Shown: piece after piece, positions 52,335 to 61,850 of the stretch
How positions within the stretch are numbered: position 1 is the first letter of the stretch
Layout of the letters: the number at the start of each line of letters is the position of its first letter
Origin: Dehalococcoidia bacterium
GTDB lineage: Bacteria; Chloroflexota; Dehalococcoidia; UBA2979
Reading direction: 5' to 3'
Assembly (NCBI GenBank): GCA_965262725.1
Contig: OZ253555.1
Location: 2,880,001 to 2,944,000, forward strand
Length of the DNA: 64,000 nucleotides
Made by a program: the position numbers and the translations under genes
The notes under the pieces: generated by a model
What the model saw: only the letters and a program-made list of their open reading frames with translations
Told to the model about the DNA's origin: nothing
The model's database searches: none

Positions 52335-53366
52335 TCACCGGCGGCGGCGGGCGCGCGGCTCCCTGCCGTCTTCCTGGCCCTCGCGCCACTCGCGCATCTT
52401 GTCGGAAAGCGCCCCTCCCAGCAGAAGGTCGAACGCCGACATCGACGGCATATTGCTCTGCGACTCCGTCCAGGCTTCGCGCCCCACGTCGCCCGCCGCC
52501 AGCCGCGCGTAGTCCAGGTTCGCCTCACCGAGAGAACGGAAGAGCGCCTCTCCTCCCTCCTCGTCGAGCAAGCTCTCGCGGAAGCGCTCGAGAGCGGTGC
52601 CGTAGCGCTCGAGCCAGTGCGCCACCTGCTCCCGGTTTGTCGCGAAGATGTCGTAGACCATCGACGTGTCGCTCTGCGCGAGGCGCGTCGCTCCGAGGAA
52701 GCCGCTCGACGCCAGCATCGACATCTCCGGCCACGCCTCGGACTCGCGCACCAGCGCGAAGAGCGCGACGGCGGCCGCGAGCGGCAGGTGGGAGACGGCG
52801 GCGACGTAGGCGTCGTGCTCCTCCGCGTCCATGAACATCGGCTCCGCGCCCATCGTGTTGAGGAGGCTGGTCACCGTCTCGACCGCGCCGCCGGTCGCGC
52901 TCGGCGAGGGGATGAGCACCCAGCGCGCTCCCTCGAAGAGTGCGCCGTCGGCCGCGGCGGGGCCCGACGCCGTTCGCCCGGCCATGGGGTGTCCGCCGAC
53001 GAAGGAGACCGAGTCGGGGAGCGTCTCCGCCGCCCACCGCAGCACCTCCGCCTTCGTCGACCCGGTGTCGGTGACGACCGCGTTCCGGACGATCCGGCCG
53101 GCGGCCGCCTCGGCGCCCACCTCCTCGAGCAGGCCCCGCAGGGCGAGCACCGGCGCTGCGAGCACGACGAGCCACGCGCCGCGAACGGCCTCCGCGATGC
53201 TCCCGGCCGCCTCCGCGATCGCGCCCCGCTCGCGCGCCTCGCGCGCGTGGTCGGGGTTGCGATCCCAGCCCACGACCGAGAGATCCTTGCTGCGGCCGTG
53301 GCTGTGCAGCCGCAGCCCGATGGAGGCGCCGATCAGTCCGGTGCCCAGGATCGCGACGCGCGGCAT
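52335..53366 (-). CDS. tyrA: Prephenate/arogenate dehydrogenase
   Basis: 'GTGLIGAS', 'TDTGSTK', 'GGHPMAG', 'EEHD....VSHLP', 'TRLA'. Confidence 0.93.
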   Translation of the reverse strand: MPRVAILGTGLIGASIGLRLHSHGRSKDLSVVGWDRNPDHAREARERGAIAEAAGSIAEAVRGAWLVVLAAPVLALRGLLEEVGAEAAAGRIVRNAVVTDTGSTKAEVLRWAAETLPDSVSFVGGHPMAGRTASGPAAADGALFEGARWVLIPSPSATGGAVETVTSLLNTMGAEPMFMDAEEHDAYVAAVSHLPLAAAVALFALVRESEAWPEMSMLASSGFLGATRLAQSDTSMVYDIFATNREQVAHWLERYGTALERFRESLLDEEGGEALFRSLGEANLDYARLAAGDVGREAWTESQSNMPSMSAFDLLLGGALSDKMREWREGQEDGREPRARRRR

Positions 53367-53454
53367 CGGTGCCCCCTGATCCCTCGCGCCGCCCGACCAG
53401 GCGGCCGGGCGATCGTAGCACGCGACCTCCGGCTCCCCGAGGGGCCGCGCGCGG

Positions 53455-54006
53455 TCAGGAGTTGCCGTCGGCCTCGACCAGCGCGAGCAGATCCAGGTCG
53501 CCCGCCGCGCGCACCTCCCCCGCCGGCGTGAGGTGCCGCGCCACGAGCTCGACGACGCGCGGCGCGCTCCCCGCCTCGCTCAGCAGGACGGCACCGAGGC
53601 GTGCGTGGTGCCGGAGCCTCCACAGCGCGCCCCGGGCGCCGTGGCCGCGCCGGCAGAGACGCTCGAGCAGCCCGCGCGAGAGGGCACCGAGCAGCACGTA
53701 GACGACGCGGTGCCAGAGGACGAGCCGTCCCTTCCCGACGTCGTGCAGAAGCGCCGCGACGCGCACATCGCGCCCCGGGGCGACGGGGCGGCCAGCGACG
53801 GCCGGGCGGCGATCCAGCCAGCGGAGCGTCCGAACCGCGTGGTGGCGATCGCTGGGCTCCATCGCGTCGAAGAGCCCGAGCTCCGCCGGCGAGAGCAACC
53901 CGATCACCGCGTCCCGGTCCGAGAGTGCGATCTCCGAGCGGAGCCCCCACAGCACCTGCCGCACCCGGTAGCCCGCGCGCCGAAGCAGGCGGCGGATCCC
54001 GCGCAC
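53455..54006 (-). CDS. HD-domain protein
   Basis: 'YRVRQ', 'DRHHA', 'AALLHDVGK', 'HARLGA', 'LVARH', 'AD'; start approximate. Confidence 0.8.
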   Translation of the reverse strand: MRGIRRLLRRAGYRVRQVLWGLRSEIALSDRDAVIGLLSPAELGLFDAMEPSDRHHAVRTLRWLDRRPAVAGRPVAPGRDVRVAALLHDVGKGRLVLWHRVVYVLLGALSRGLLERLCRRGHGARGALWRLRHHARLGAVLLSEAGSAPRVVELVARHLTPAGEVRAAGDLDLLALVEADGNS

Positions 54007-54011
54007 TCCGA

Positions 54012-54755
54012 CTACCCGAACGTGAGTCTGCTGATGCCGGGTGCGAAGAGATCGAGCAGGAGATCGATCGGTGGCCCCAGCACCGAGAACAGCGGGTTGA
54101 CGGCTCCGCCCGTGAAGAAGGGGACGACGATCAGGAGCATCAGGATGCCCGGCCCCCAGCGCTCCGCGTCGGCGAGCGGCCGCGCCACCTGCCGAGGGAG
54201 GAGTCCCACGGCGACCCGGAATCCGTCGAGCGGCGCCAGCGGCAGCAGGTTGAACATGGCCAGCAGCACGTTGAGCAGGACCACCGTGCCCAGGAAGAGA
54301 CCCAGCATGTTCTCGGGGCTCTGGGCAGCGAAGCGGGCGAGGGGTTCGGCGAGGCCGGTCCCGACGAAGGGGTGGAGCGGCGGCACCAGCCCCAGCCGGA
54401 TCGGGATGCCGGCGACGCCGGCGACCGCGAGGTTGGTGAGCGGGCCCGCAGCCGCGATCGTCGCCATGGCCCTCTTCGGGTTCCGCGTGTTCATCGGGTT
54501 CACGGGGACCGGCTTCGCCCACCCGAAGCCGACGAAGAAGATCAGCGCCGATCCGATCGGATCGAGGTGCGCGCGCGGGTCGAGCGTCAGGCGGCCGAAC
54601 CGCCTCGGCGTGCCGTCCCCCAGCCGGTCCGCCGTGTAGGCGTGCATGAACTCGTGGAGGGCGAGCCCGACGAGCAGCGAGAAGCCGAAGGCGCAGATGA
54701 GAATGACGAACGCAATCGGCGCCTCACGCAGCACCGGCACGTAGCGCAGTAGCAT
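54012..54755 (-). CDS. Site-2 protease (peptidase M50)
   Basis: 'LHEFMH', 'GRLTLDPRAHLDP', 'GWAKPVPVNP', 'AAGPLTN', 'FNLLPLAPLDG'. Confidence 0.93.
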   Translation of the reverse strand: MLLRYVPVLREAPIAFVILICAFGFSLLVGLALHEFMHAYTADRLGDGTPRRFGRLTLDPRAHLDPIGSALIFFVGFGWAKPVPVNPMNTRNPKRAMATIAAAGPLTNLAVAGVAGIPIRLGLVPPLHPFVGTGLAEPLARFAAQSPENMLGLFLGTVVLLNVLLAMFNLLPLAPLDGFRVAVGLLPRQVARPLADAERWGPGILMLLIVVPFFTGGAVNPLFSVLGPPIDLLLDLFAPGISRLTFG

Positions 54756-54761
54756 ACGATC

Positions 54762-54811
54762 AGCGTAGCAAACAGTTTCCGTTGACACTGTTTCACAGCC
54801 GCCCCTATCGT
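54762..54811. promoter_or_regulatory. Divergent promoters with palindromic operator candidate
   Basis: + strand TTGACA (54782), 18-nt spacer, TATCGT (54806); minus strand TGcTACGCT 6 nt before the S2P ATG; AAACAGT-N10-ACTGTTT at 54770-54793. Confidence 0.55.
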
Positions 54812-54988
54812 GAATCCGCTGGCTGCGGCGACGTTGCGACCAGCCCACCGCGAGCCCACAGGGAGTCCGTCCGCACGCGGGGGGTGGCGGTGTCCGGGCA
54901 GGGGACGGGAGAGCTGCTCGCCGGGGGTGCGCCGGTCCTCGGATCCGGCGCGTGAGGCCTGCCGGGGCGCGTGCCCCTCGGCGCCGCC

Positions 54989-56164
54989 ATGATGGCCACA
55001 CCACGCCGCTCCCCGCTGCGCCGCCTCACCCCCCTCGCCGTGCTCTCGCTCGTCGCCCTCGCGGCGCTCGCCCTCTACCTGGCCGGCCGCGACGGCGATG
55101 ACCCGGTGGAGGAGCCGGCGGGGACGGGCCCCGTGGGAACGGGCGAGCATCTCCTCGTGCTCGCCGAGTTCGGCCCCAACTCAGACGAGATCTTCCTCGC
55201 GCCGGCCGACGACCCCTCCGACCGCACGCCAGTCGCCCGGGTCGAGCATGCTCCCGGCTGGGGGATCCACCCGGGACCCGAGATGGCGGGCGCGCTCGCC
55301 GTCTACACCGTCCTCCCGATCGGCGCCCGGCCGGGGCGCGACAGCCCGGCCGAGCTCTGGCTGCTCGACGTGTCGAGCGGCGAGCGCACGCGCCTCGCGC
55401 GGGACGCCGATCTGCTCGCGGCGCCGGCGCTCGCCCGCGACGGCACGACCGTCGTCTACCGGTCCAGTAGCGGCGGGGAACAGAGCCTCGTGCGCGTCGA
55501 TCTCGCGAGCCGCGCCCGCCGCGTACTGCACACCGCCAGCACACCGTTCGGCGTCTTTCCGATCGCGATCACGCCGGGCGGCGACCTGCTTTTCTCCGAC
55601 ATCTCCAGTGCCGGGACCGACCTCCACGCCGTGTCGCTTCAGGGGGGCGAGCCTCGTTCCCTATTCCGCGCATCCCCGCACATCGCCCGCGACTGGCGGC
55701 TCTCCCCGGACGGCACCGCGCTCTCCTACCTCGCACCGGTGTCGCTCGCCGAACGCGTGGTGCACCGGCTGCACGTCGCGACGCTCGGGCCGGTCGCGCG
55801 ATCCGGGCAGCCGGTCTCCGGCCTCGGCGCCGAGGCCGCCGAGCAATACGGGCCGGTCTGGAGACCCGGCGGCGGCGCGATCACCGTGGGCCGGGAGGCG
55901 GCGCCGGAGCCGGCGGCGGCGGCCGTCACGCTCCCTCTGGGCGGGGCCGGCGACGGGACGGAGCTCGCCCCGCCCGGGACCGGATTCGACGTGCCGCTCG
56001 GCTGGAGCCCGGACGGCCTCACGCTGGCCGCGCGCAGCTTCGACGGCCGCAACTCCGCCGACCCGGGGATGGAGGAGCTCACCCTGATCGAACTCTCCGG
56101 CACCCGCCGCGCGATCCCCGCGCGCGCGCAGCTCCTCTTCCTCGGCTGGTGGACCGGTGATTGA
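54989..56164 (+). CDS. Membrane-anchored TolB-like beta-propeller protein
   Basis: N-terminal TM helix; repeated 'LSPDG', 'WRPGG', 'WSPDG', 'LWLLDVSSGERTRL' blades. Confidence 0.7.
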   Translation: MMATPRRSPLRRLTPLAVLSLVALAALALYLAGRDGDDPVEEPAGTGPVGTGEHLLVLAEFGPNSDEIFLAPADDPSDRTPVARVEHAPGWGIHPGPEMAGALAVYTVLPIGARPGRDSPAELWLLDVSSGERTRLARDADLLAAPALARDGTTVVYRSSSGGEQSLVRVDLASRARRVLHTASTPFGVFPIAITPGGDLLFSDISSAGTDLHAVSLQGGEPRSLFRASPHIARDWRLSPDGTALSYLAPVSLAERVVHRLHVATLGPVARSGQPVSGLGAEAAEQYGPVWRPGGGAITVGREAAPEPAAAAVTLPLGGAGDGTELAPPGTGFDVPLGWSPDGLTLAARSFDGRNSADPGMEELTLIELSGTRRAIPARAQLLFLGWWTGD

Positions 56165-57527
56165 CCGCCTCGGGCGGCGCGGCGGCCGCCTCGCGGCCGC
56201 CTCCGCGCTCGTCGCGGCGGGGCTCGTGCTGCTCGCGCTCGCCGCGCCGGGGCTCCCCGGCAACCCCGTGCCGCGCGCCGACGCCTGCGCCTTCATCCGC
56301 ACGCCGCATGCCTACGAGGCGGATGCCGGGCGCGGTGCCTACCTGAGGGCTCTGGAGGCAGCCTCCGTCAACGCCCTCTTCCCCGACAGCGTCTACTTCC
56401 GGCTGCCGGCCATCGAGACCGGCGCACGCGGGGTGCGCACGCGGGGGGTGGCGGCTCTCCCCCCGACCCTGCTCAAGGCGATCGCCTGGGTCGAGTCGCG
56501 CATGACGATGGCCATCTCCGGGGTGGCATTCAACTCCGCGGGCCCGGCCCTCGTCTCCTTCGACTGCGGGCACGGGATCATGCAGGTGACGACGGGGATG
56601 ACGGTGCCGCTGGGCGTCAGCGCGCCCACCGACCGCCAGGCGCGCGTGGCGACCCACTACGCGTACAACATAGCCACCGGCACCGCGATCCTCGGGGCGA
56701 AGTGGAACGAGGCCCCGGAGCGCCGCCCCGTGGTCGGCACCGACACGGGCTCCGATCCGACGCTGGTCGAGAACTGGTATTACGCCGTCTGGGGCTACAA
56801 CGGCTTCACGGGACCCGGCTCAACCGGATCCAATCACCCCTCCGACCCCGGCTTCGGGAGCTGGCCGCGCCCCGCCTACCGCTGCGACGGGGCCCAGTCA
56901 CGCACCCTCTACCCCTACCAGGAGCTCGTCTGGGGCTGCCTCGCGAACCCGCCGACGATCGCTGGCGCCCCGCTCTGGGATGCGGTCGAGGCGACGCTCC
57001 CCGACCTGACGCGTCCACAGTTCTTCGAGCCCCTCTCGCCGGACGCCTTTACGTTCCCGTTCACTGCCATGGACATGCCGACGCCTCAGCCCGCGCACGC
57101 CGACCCGTCGCCGGCGCCGGAGCCCGGCTTCGCCGCCAGCGCGCTGGGCGCCCCGCGGATCGCCGCCGACGTGCGATCGGTCTCCGTCCGGCTCGACGGC
57201 ACGGAGGATGACGCGCACGCCATCGTGATCGTCACCAACCCGGGCTCCGGCATCCTCTCCTGGCAGGCGATCGCCGGCGCCGACTGGATCGTCGTCGATC
57301 CCCCCGCCGGCGTCGCGCTCGGCGCCGACGTCGACTGCAGCGGCCGGGCATGTGACCGCGCCGCGCGGCTTCGGATCACCGCGAATCCGACGCTCCTTCC
57401 CGATCGGCACGCGACCGGCCCCATCCGCCTGCGCGCGGCCAACGCCGCGCTCCCCGACATCATCGTGCAACTCGAGGTCGATGCCGACTTCGAGATCGGG
57501 GCGCCCGGGACGAGCCGCATCTACTAG
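56157..57527 (+). CDS. Exported lysozyme-like/lytic transglycosylase (SLT) protein with C-terminal BACON/Ig-like domain
   Basis: 'PPTLLKAIAWVES' (catalytic Glu), 'GHGIMQVT', 'NIATGTAIL..KW', 'AVWGYNG'; C-terminal 'VTNPGSGILSW....ADWIVV'. Confidence 0.75.
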   Translation: MIDRLGRRGGRLAAASALVAAGLVLLALAAPGLPGNPVPRADACAFIRTPHAYEADAGRGAYLRALEAASVNALFPDSVYFRLPAIETGARGVRTRGVAALPPTLLKAIAWVESRMTMAISGVAFNSAGPALVSFDCGHGIMQVTTGMTVPLGVSAPTDRQARVATHYAYNIATGTAILGAKWNEAPERRPVVGTDTGSDPTLVENWYYAVWGYNGFTGPGSTGSNHPSDPGFGSWPRPAYRCDGAQSRTLYPYQELVWGCLANPPTIAGAPLWDAVEATLPDLTRPQFFEPLSPDAFTFPFTAMDMPTPQPAHADPSPAPEPGFAASALGAPRIAADVRSVSVRLDGTEDDAHAIVIVTNPGSGILSWQAIAGADWIVVDPPAGVALGADVDCSGRACDRAARLRITANPTLLPDRHATGPIRLRAANAALPDIIVQLEVDADFEIGAPGTSRIY

Positions 57528-58735
57528 GGGTTCTCTGAACAGGTCGCCGCGTCGTTACTGGAGCACATGCACACTCCGATGACTATATGCGATCATGGCA
57601 CTCCTCCGGGAAAGGGGAGCGCTGCCATGCATCAGCCGACATTCGCGAGAGTCGAGTTCGAGCGGGATGGCTACAAGACGCGCCGCCAGAAGTTCCTCGA
57701 ACGGCTGGATGGCCTCGTCCCGTGGCAGAGGTTCGAAGCAGCCATCGAGCCCCACTACCCGAAACCGGGCCGCGGGCGGAGGCCCTACCCGCTCTCCGTG
57801 ATGCTGCGCATCCATACCGTGCAACTCTGCTACAACCTCAGCGACCCCGGCATGGAGGATCTGCTCCACGAGGCCGAGTCGGTGCGAGCCTTTTGCTTCC
57901 TCACGCTCTCCGAGCCCATCCCCGACGAGACGACGATCCTCAACTTCCGGCACCTGCTCGAGCGCCACTCCCTGGGTAGCAGGATCCTCCAACTCATCAA
58001 CGAGCACCTCACGAGCAAGGGATTGAAGCTGAGCGAGGGCAGCATCGTGGATGCGACCATCATCTCGGCGCCATCGTCGACGAAGAATCGCGGGCGGGCG
58101 CGGGACCCGGAGATGCATCAGACCAAGAAGGGGAAACAGTGGTTCTTCGGGATGAAGCTGCACATCGGCGCCGACAGGGATACTGGACTGGTCCACAACT
58201 TCACGACCACGCCTGCGAACGTGTCGGACGTGTCTGAGACGCACCGCCTGCTGCACGGCGAGGAAGCCGAGGTCTACGGCGACGCCGGGTACCGGGGCGT
58301 GCAGAAGAGACCCGAGAACGCGGACTCCAGGGTCAAGGACTGGAACGTGGCGATGCGCCCGGGCCTCCGGCGTGCGCTCGACCCGGAGAGTCCTGAGGCC
58401 GTCGAGGAGAAGCGGAAGGCATCGGTGCGAGCGCTGGTGGAGCACCCGTTCTACAGCGTGAAGCGGCGCTTCGGCTACGCCAAGGTGCGGTACCGGGGTC
58501 TCTTCAAGAACCACGAGCGGTGTGCGGTCTTGCTGGGGTTCCACAACCTGCTCACCGCGAAGCCGCACCGTGCCTGACCGTGGGTGGAGTGCGCCCTCCC
58601 CGCCCCACACGGGGCGAGGAGGGGAGCCACAGGGGCCCGCGAGGGGGCGGATATGACCACTGTCATCGGGAATCCGCCTGAGAGCGCCTGACCGCGGCGA
58701 AACTGGGTCGCTAGACCCACCTGATCAGACTTGCC
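57528..58735 (+). mobile_element. IS5-family insertion sequence, copy 2 (1208 bp), inverted relative to copy 1
   Basis: Same IRs, CTAG duplication at 57524-57527 and 58736-58739; listed ORFs inside the element translate identically to copy 1. Confidence 0.95.
57627..58577 (+). CDS. IS5-family transposase
   Basis: Same protein as 29216..30166. Confidence 0.95.
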   Translation: MHQPTFARVEFERDGYKTRRQKFLERLDGLVPWQRFEAAIEPHYPKPGRGRRPYPLSVMLRIHTVQLCYNLSDPGMEDLLHEAESVRAFCFLTLSEPIPDETTILNFRHLLERHSLGSRILQLINEHLTSKGLKLSEGSIVDATIISAPSSTKNRGRARDPEMHQTKKGKQWFFGMKLHIGADRDTGLVHNFTTTPANVSDVSETHRLLHGEEAEVYGDAGYRGVQKRPENADSRVKDWNVAMRPGLRRALDPESPEAVEEKRKASVRALVEHPFYSVKRRFGYAKVRYRGLFKNHERCAVLLGFHNLLTAKPHRA

Positions 58736-58848
58736 CTAGCGCGGGAGCACCACCCCCCGGGGTGCCGGGCGGCTGGCCAGCCGCCTTGCTCCGGTGGATA
58801 CTCGTGGGGTTCGCGGCGACTCCCCGCCGCGCGGGAGAGCGGTGGCCA

Positions 58849-59334
58849 ATGCTCGACGTCTGGGTCGCTGCGGTCCGGAAGAACCATGCGCTCGAGCACG
58901 CGACGGTCGCCGTGCTGCTCGCGAAGCACGGGCCGATGCGCGTGGCGGGCCGGGCCAGCCCCGACGGCTTCTTCCTCATCGGCTCCGTAGGCGAGGAGGA
59001 GGTCGACCGGGCCGCCCACGAGGCGCTGAGGCGGCTCCGGGCCGGCGAGTCGAACCTCGCCGTCTCGCCCCACTGCGGTACGAACATCGCGGTGGCGGGT
59101 TTCGCGGCCGCGCTGGCGGCCGCCACCGTCGTCGCGAGCGGGCCGACCTGGAAGCGCTTCCCAAACGCCGTCACGGCGGCGATGCTCGCGGTCGTCGCCG
59201 CACAGCCGATCGGGCGCCGCGTCCAGCGCCACCTCACGACGAACGCCGACGTCGCGGATGTGGAGATCGTGGGCACCAGGTCGCTCTTCGGCTCGCTCAA
59301 GAAGGTGCAGACGCGCCTCACCGCCGCTCCGTAG
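58849..59334 (+). CDS. Conserved hypothetical protein (DUF6391-like)
   Basis: 'VRKNHALEHATV', 'ALRRLRAGESNLAVSPHCGTN', 'VQRHLTT'. Confidence 0.7.
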   Translation: MLDVWVAAVRKNHALEHATVAVLLAKHGPMRVAGRASPDGFFLIGSVGEEEVDRAAHEALRRLRAGESNLAVSPHCGTNIAVAGFAAALAAATVVASGPTWKRFPNAVTAAMLAVVAAQPIGRRVQRHLTTNADVADVEIVGTRSLFGSLKKVQTRLTAAP

Positions 59335-59466
59335 CCGGCGCCCGGTCGCCGCGCACAACCCCGCTCCGGGAGACACCCGTCCTGCGCGGCGACCTGCGAC
59401 TGCCGTCCGGCTGCGCTAGTCTGCGAGCGCGCGGCGACCAGGGGCCGCGCGCTGGGGGGAGCAGAG

Positions 59467-60507
59467 ATGCGGCTGGGAGTGCTCACGGGGATGACGTCGA
59501 CGCCGGGCCGTCGCGTCGGCGGGCCGCAGGACTTCCAGGAGGACTGGCACTCCTCGCTCGAGAAAATTCGGATCGCCGAAGAGCTCGGCTACGAGATGGT
59601 GGTGGTGCCGGAGTCGTGGCAGCTCTCGGCGCTGCCGTGGCTCGCGGTGATCGCGCTGAACACCTCGACGATCCACATCGGCACGTCGATCGTCAACGTC
59701 TTCTCGCGCTCCGCGGCGGCCCTCGCGGAGGAGTACTCGACTCTCGAGCTGATCTCGGGCGGCCGGATGATGCTGGGCATCGGTGCCGCGAGCTCGCTCG
59801 TGGCGGAGGATATGCACGGCGTCAAGTTCGAGAAGCCGCTCCGCCGCGTCCGCGAATACACCGAAATCTTCAAGATGCTGATCCGCGGGGAGCGGCTACA
59901 CTACAAGGGCGAGATCTTCCACCTCGACCGCGGCTTCCGGATCCTCTACGACCGCCCGCGCGAGGACGTGCCGGTCTGGATCGGCGCGCTCACGCCGAAG
60001 TCGCTCCGGCAGTGCGGCGAGATCGCCGACGGGATCATGCCGGTGCACTGGCCAACGTCTCAGATGGGCCAGCTCCGCGGCTACCTGCGCGAGGGCGCCG
60101 AGTCCGTCGGGCGCGATCCGATGGAGGTGACGATCGCGCCGCACACGCCGATCTACGTCTTCGGCGGCCAGAACGACGAGCAAACGCTCTGGGAGGCGAA
60201 GCGGCCGCTGGAGAACTACATCAACCGGATGGGCAACTTCTACCACGAGATGATGACGCGCACCGGCTGGGCGGACGAGGTGCGGGCGGTGCAGGCGGCG
60301 TGGGAGAACGAGAGGGACCGCGACGCCGCGATCGCCGGGATCAGCGACCGCATGGTCCGCGAGATCCAGGTCATCGGGACGATGCCCGAGGTGCAGGATC
60401 GCCTGCGCGAACGCGCGGAGAACGGCGCCGACCTCCAGATCGTCTACATGCCGAAGGGGACGCCGGCCGAGGCCGGGAAGGCTCTCGAGGAGTTCATCTC
60501 CGCGTAG
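59467..60507 (+). CDS. LLM-class flavin/F420-dependent oxidoreductase
   Basis: 'AEELGY...VPESW', 'IHIGTSIVNVFSRS', 'SGGRMMLGIG', 'GEIADG'. Confidence 0.9.
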   Translation: MRLGVLTGMTSTPGRRVGGPQDFQEDWHSSLEKIRIAEELGYEMVVVPESWQLSALPWLAVIALNTSTIHIGTSIVNVFSRSAAALAEEYSTLELISGGRMMLGIGAASSLVAEDMHGVKFEKPLRRVREYTEIFKMLIRGERLHYKGEIFHLDRGFRILYDRPREDVPVWIGALTPKSLRQCGEIADGIMPVHWPTSQMGQLRGYLREGAESVGRDPMEVTIAPHTPIYVFGGQNDEQTLWEAKRPLENYINRMGNFYHEMMTRTGWADEVRAVQAAWENERDRDAAIAGISDRMVREIQVIGTMPEVQDRLRERAENGADLQIVYMPKGTPAEAGKALEEFISA

Positions 60508-60613
60508 GGATCAGCGGCCCGCTTCGCGTCGCCTCCCGCACGACTCGCCCCGGGGATGGCCTCTCTATCGTCGCCCCTCCGGCCCTCTGCGGACCGTCGG
60601 TCAGGGTCCGCCC

Positions 60614-61732
60614 TCACTCACGGCGCACCGGATCGTCCGCCTCGCCCAGAATGCGCGCGAAGAGACGCGCGAGCCGCCAGCCGTCCGTGTAGAGCGGACC
60701 CACCGAGTCCAGCTTCGGCTCGACGTGCTCGAAGAGGTCGGTCCGGTGGTAGACCTCCGGTCGATGCGCGGCGGCGATCAGCTCGGAGTGCGGCCACGGC
60801 ACGAAGCGATCCTCACGGTCGTGGAGCAGGTAGAGGGGGGCCGCGAGCCCGTCGAGGTGCATCAGGGGGGAGAGCGCCTCGATCCAGGCCTCGAGGGCGG
60901 CCTCGGCCCCCCGCATCCGCTCCAGGGCCTCGTCGTAGCCGGACGGCGCGAGCAGCGCTGCCGCCCGCTCCTCCCCGCCCACGACGCTCGTGAGGGAGCG
61001 CAGGACCACGCGCCGGGTGATGGCGCGAGGCTCCCACGCGTACCGCCCATCCTCCGCTGCGAAGAGACCGGACGCGGTCTCCGCGGCGAGCAGGCCAGCA
61101 TCGGCGTAGGGGCCGACGGCCAGCACGAACCAGACATCGCCCGCGATGCGCTCGTCCGCCGCGGTGATCAGCGAGAGCGAACCGCCGACGGAGAGCCCGA
61201 CGAACCCGACGCGCCCCGCCTCTACGTTCGGCTCCTCGACCAGGGCCCGCCACGCGCCGACCAGCCGCTCGATCTCCGCGGGCTCGACCAGTCCGCGCTG
61301 GAGCGGCTCCGAGACGGGATGGAGGGTGCCGACGCCGAGCCGCGCCAGCGCGTCGGTCAGGCGCATGACCCGGGGGTCGTCCGGCCGGGCCGCCTCCGCG
61401 CCGAGCGCGAGCACCACGGCCGGGTGCGGGCCTGACCCCGCAGGCAGCGTCAGCACGCCGCCGCCGGCGGACGGTGTGCCGGGGGCGCCCCAGGTGATCT
61501 CGAGCCGCTCGGGCTCACTCGTCACCCACGTCAGCGGGCGTATCGGGAGGCGCAGGACGCCGTCGGTGAAGAGGACCCCCGCCCGTACCCACGGCTCGGC
61601 AGCGGACCACGCGAGCGCCGAGCCCCACAGGAACGCGGCCACAGCCCCGAGGGCGAGCGCGCGCCGCGCCACGCCCCAGCCGTCCATCCTCCGCGCGACG
61701 CGCGGCACGCGAGCCAGGAGCGGGAGTCTCAC
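60614..61732 (-). CDS. Membrane-anchored alpha/beta hydrolase-fold protein
   Basis: Nucleophile elbow 'GFVGLSVGGS', 'LYLLHDREDRFVP', 'FEHV'; N-terminal TM helix. Confidence 0.7.
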   Translation of the reverse strand: MRLPLLARVPRVARRMDGWGVARRALALGAVAAFLWGSALAWSAAEPWVRAGVLFTDGVLRLPIRPLTWVTSEPERLEITWGAPGTPSAGGGVLTLPAGSGPHPAVVLALGAEAARPDDPRVMRLTDALARLGVGTLHPVSEPLQRGLVEPAEIERLVGAWRALVEEPNVEAGRVGFVGLSVGGSLSLITAADERIAGDVWFVLAVGPYADAGLLAAETASGLFAAEDGRYAWEPRAITRRVVLRSLTSVVGGEERAAALLAPSGYDEALERMRGAEAALEAWIEALSPLMHLDGLAAPLYLLHDREDRFVPWPHSELIAAAHRPEVYHRTDLFEHVEPKLDSVGPLYTDGWRLARLFARILGEADDPVRRE

Positions 61733-61800
61733 GCGCCGATGCTACGCCGTGGGAGACCGCCGCGGGAGGGACGCGGGCGGGCGGGACCGGGGGAGACGCA

Positions 61801-61828
61801 GAGGGGGCCCGGCGAACCGGGCCCCCTC
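61801..61828 (-). terminator. GC-rich hairpin downstream of the SBP gene (terminator or stabiliser)
   Basis: Perfect 12-bp stem GAGGGGGCCCGG-TTCG-CCGGGCCCCCTC, 22 nt after the stop codon; little U tail. Confidence 0.65.
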
Positions 61829-61850
61829 GTAGCGAGCGTCGTGCTCGGCT

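Noticed and set aside
54815-54990. Known c-di-AMP or c-di-GMP riboswitch before the cell-wall genes
   Set aside because: Core consensus blocks were not found; kept only as an unassigned structured leader.
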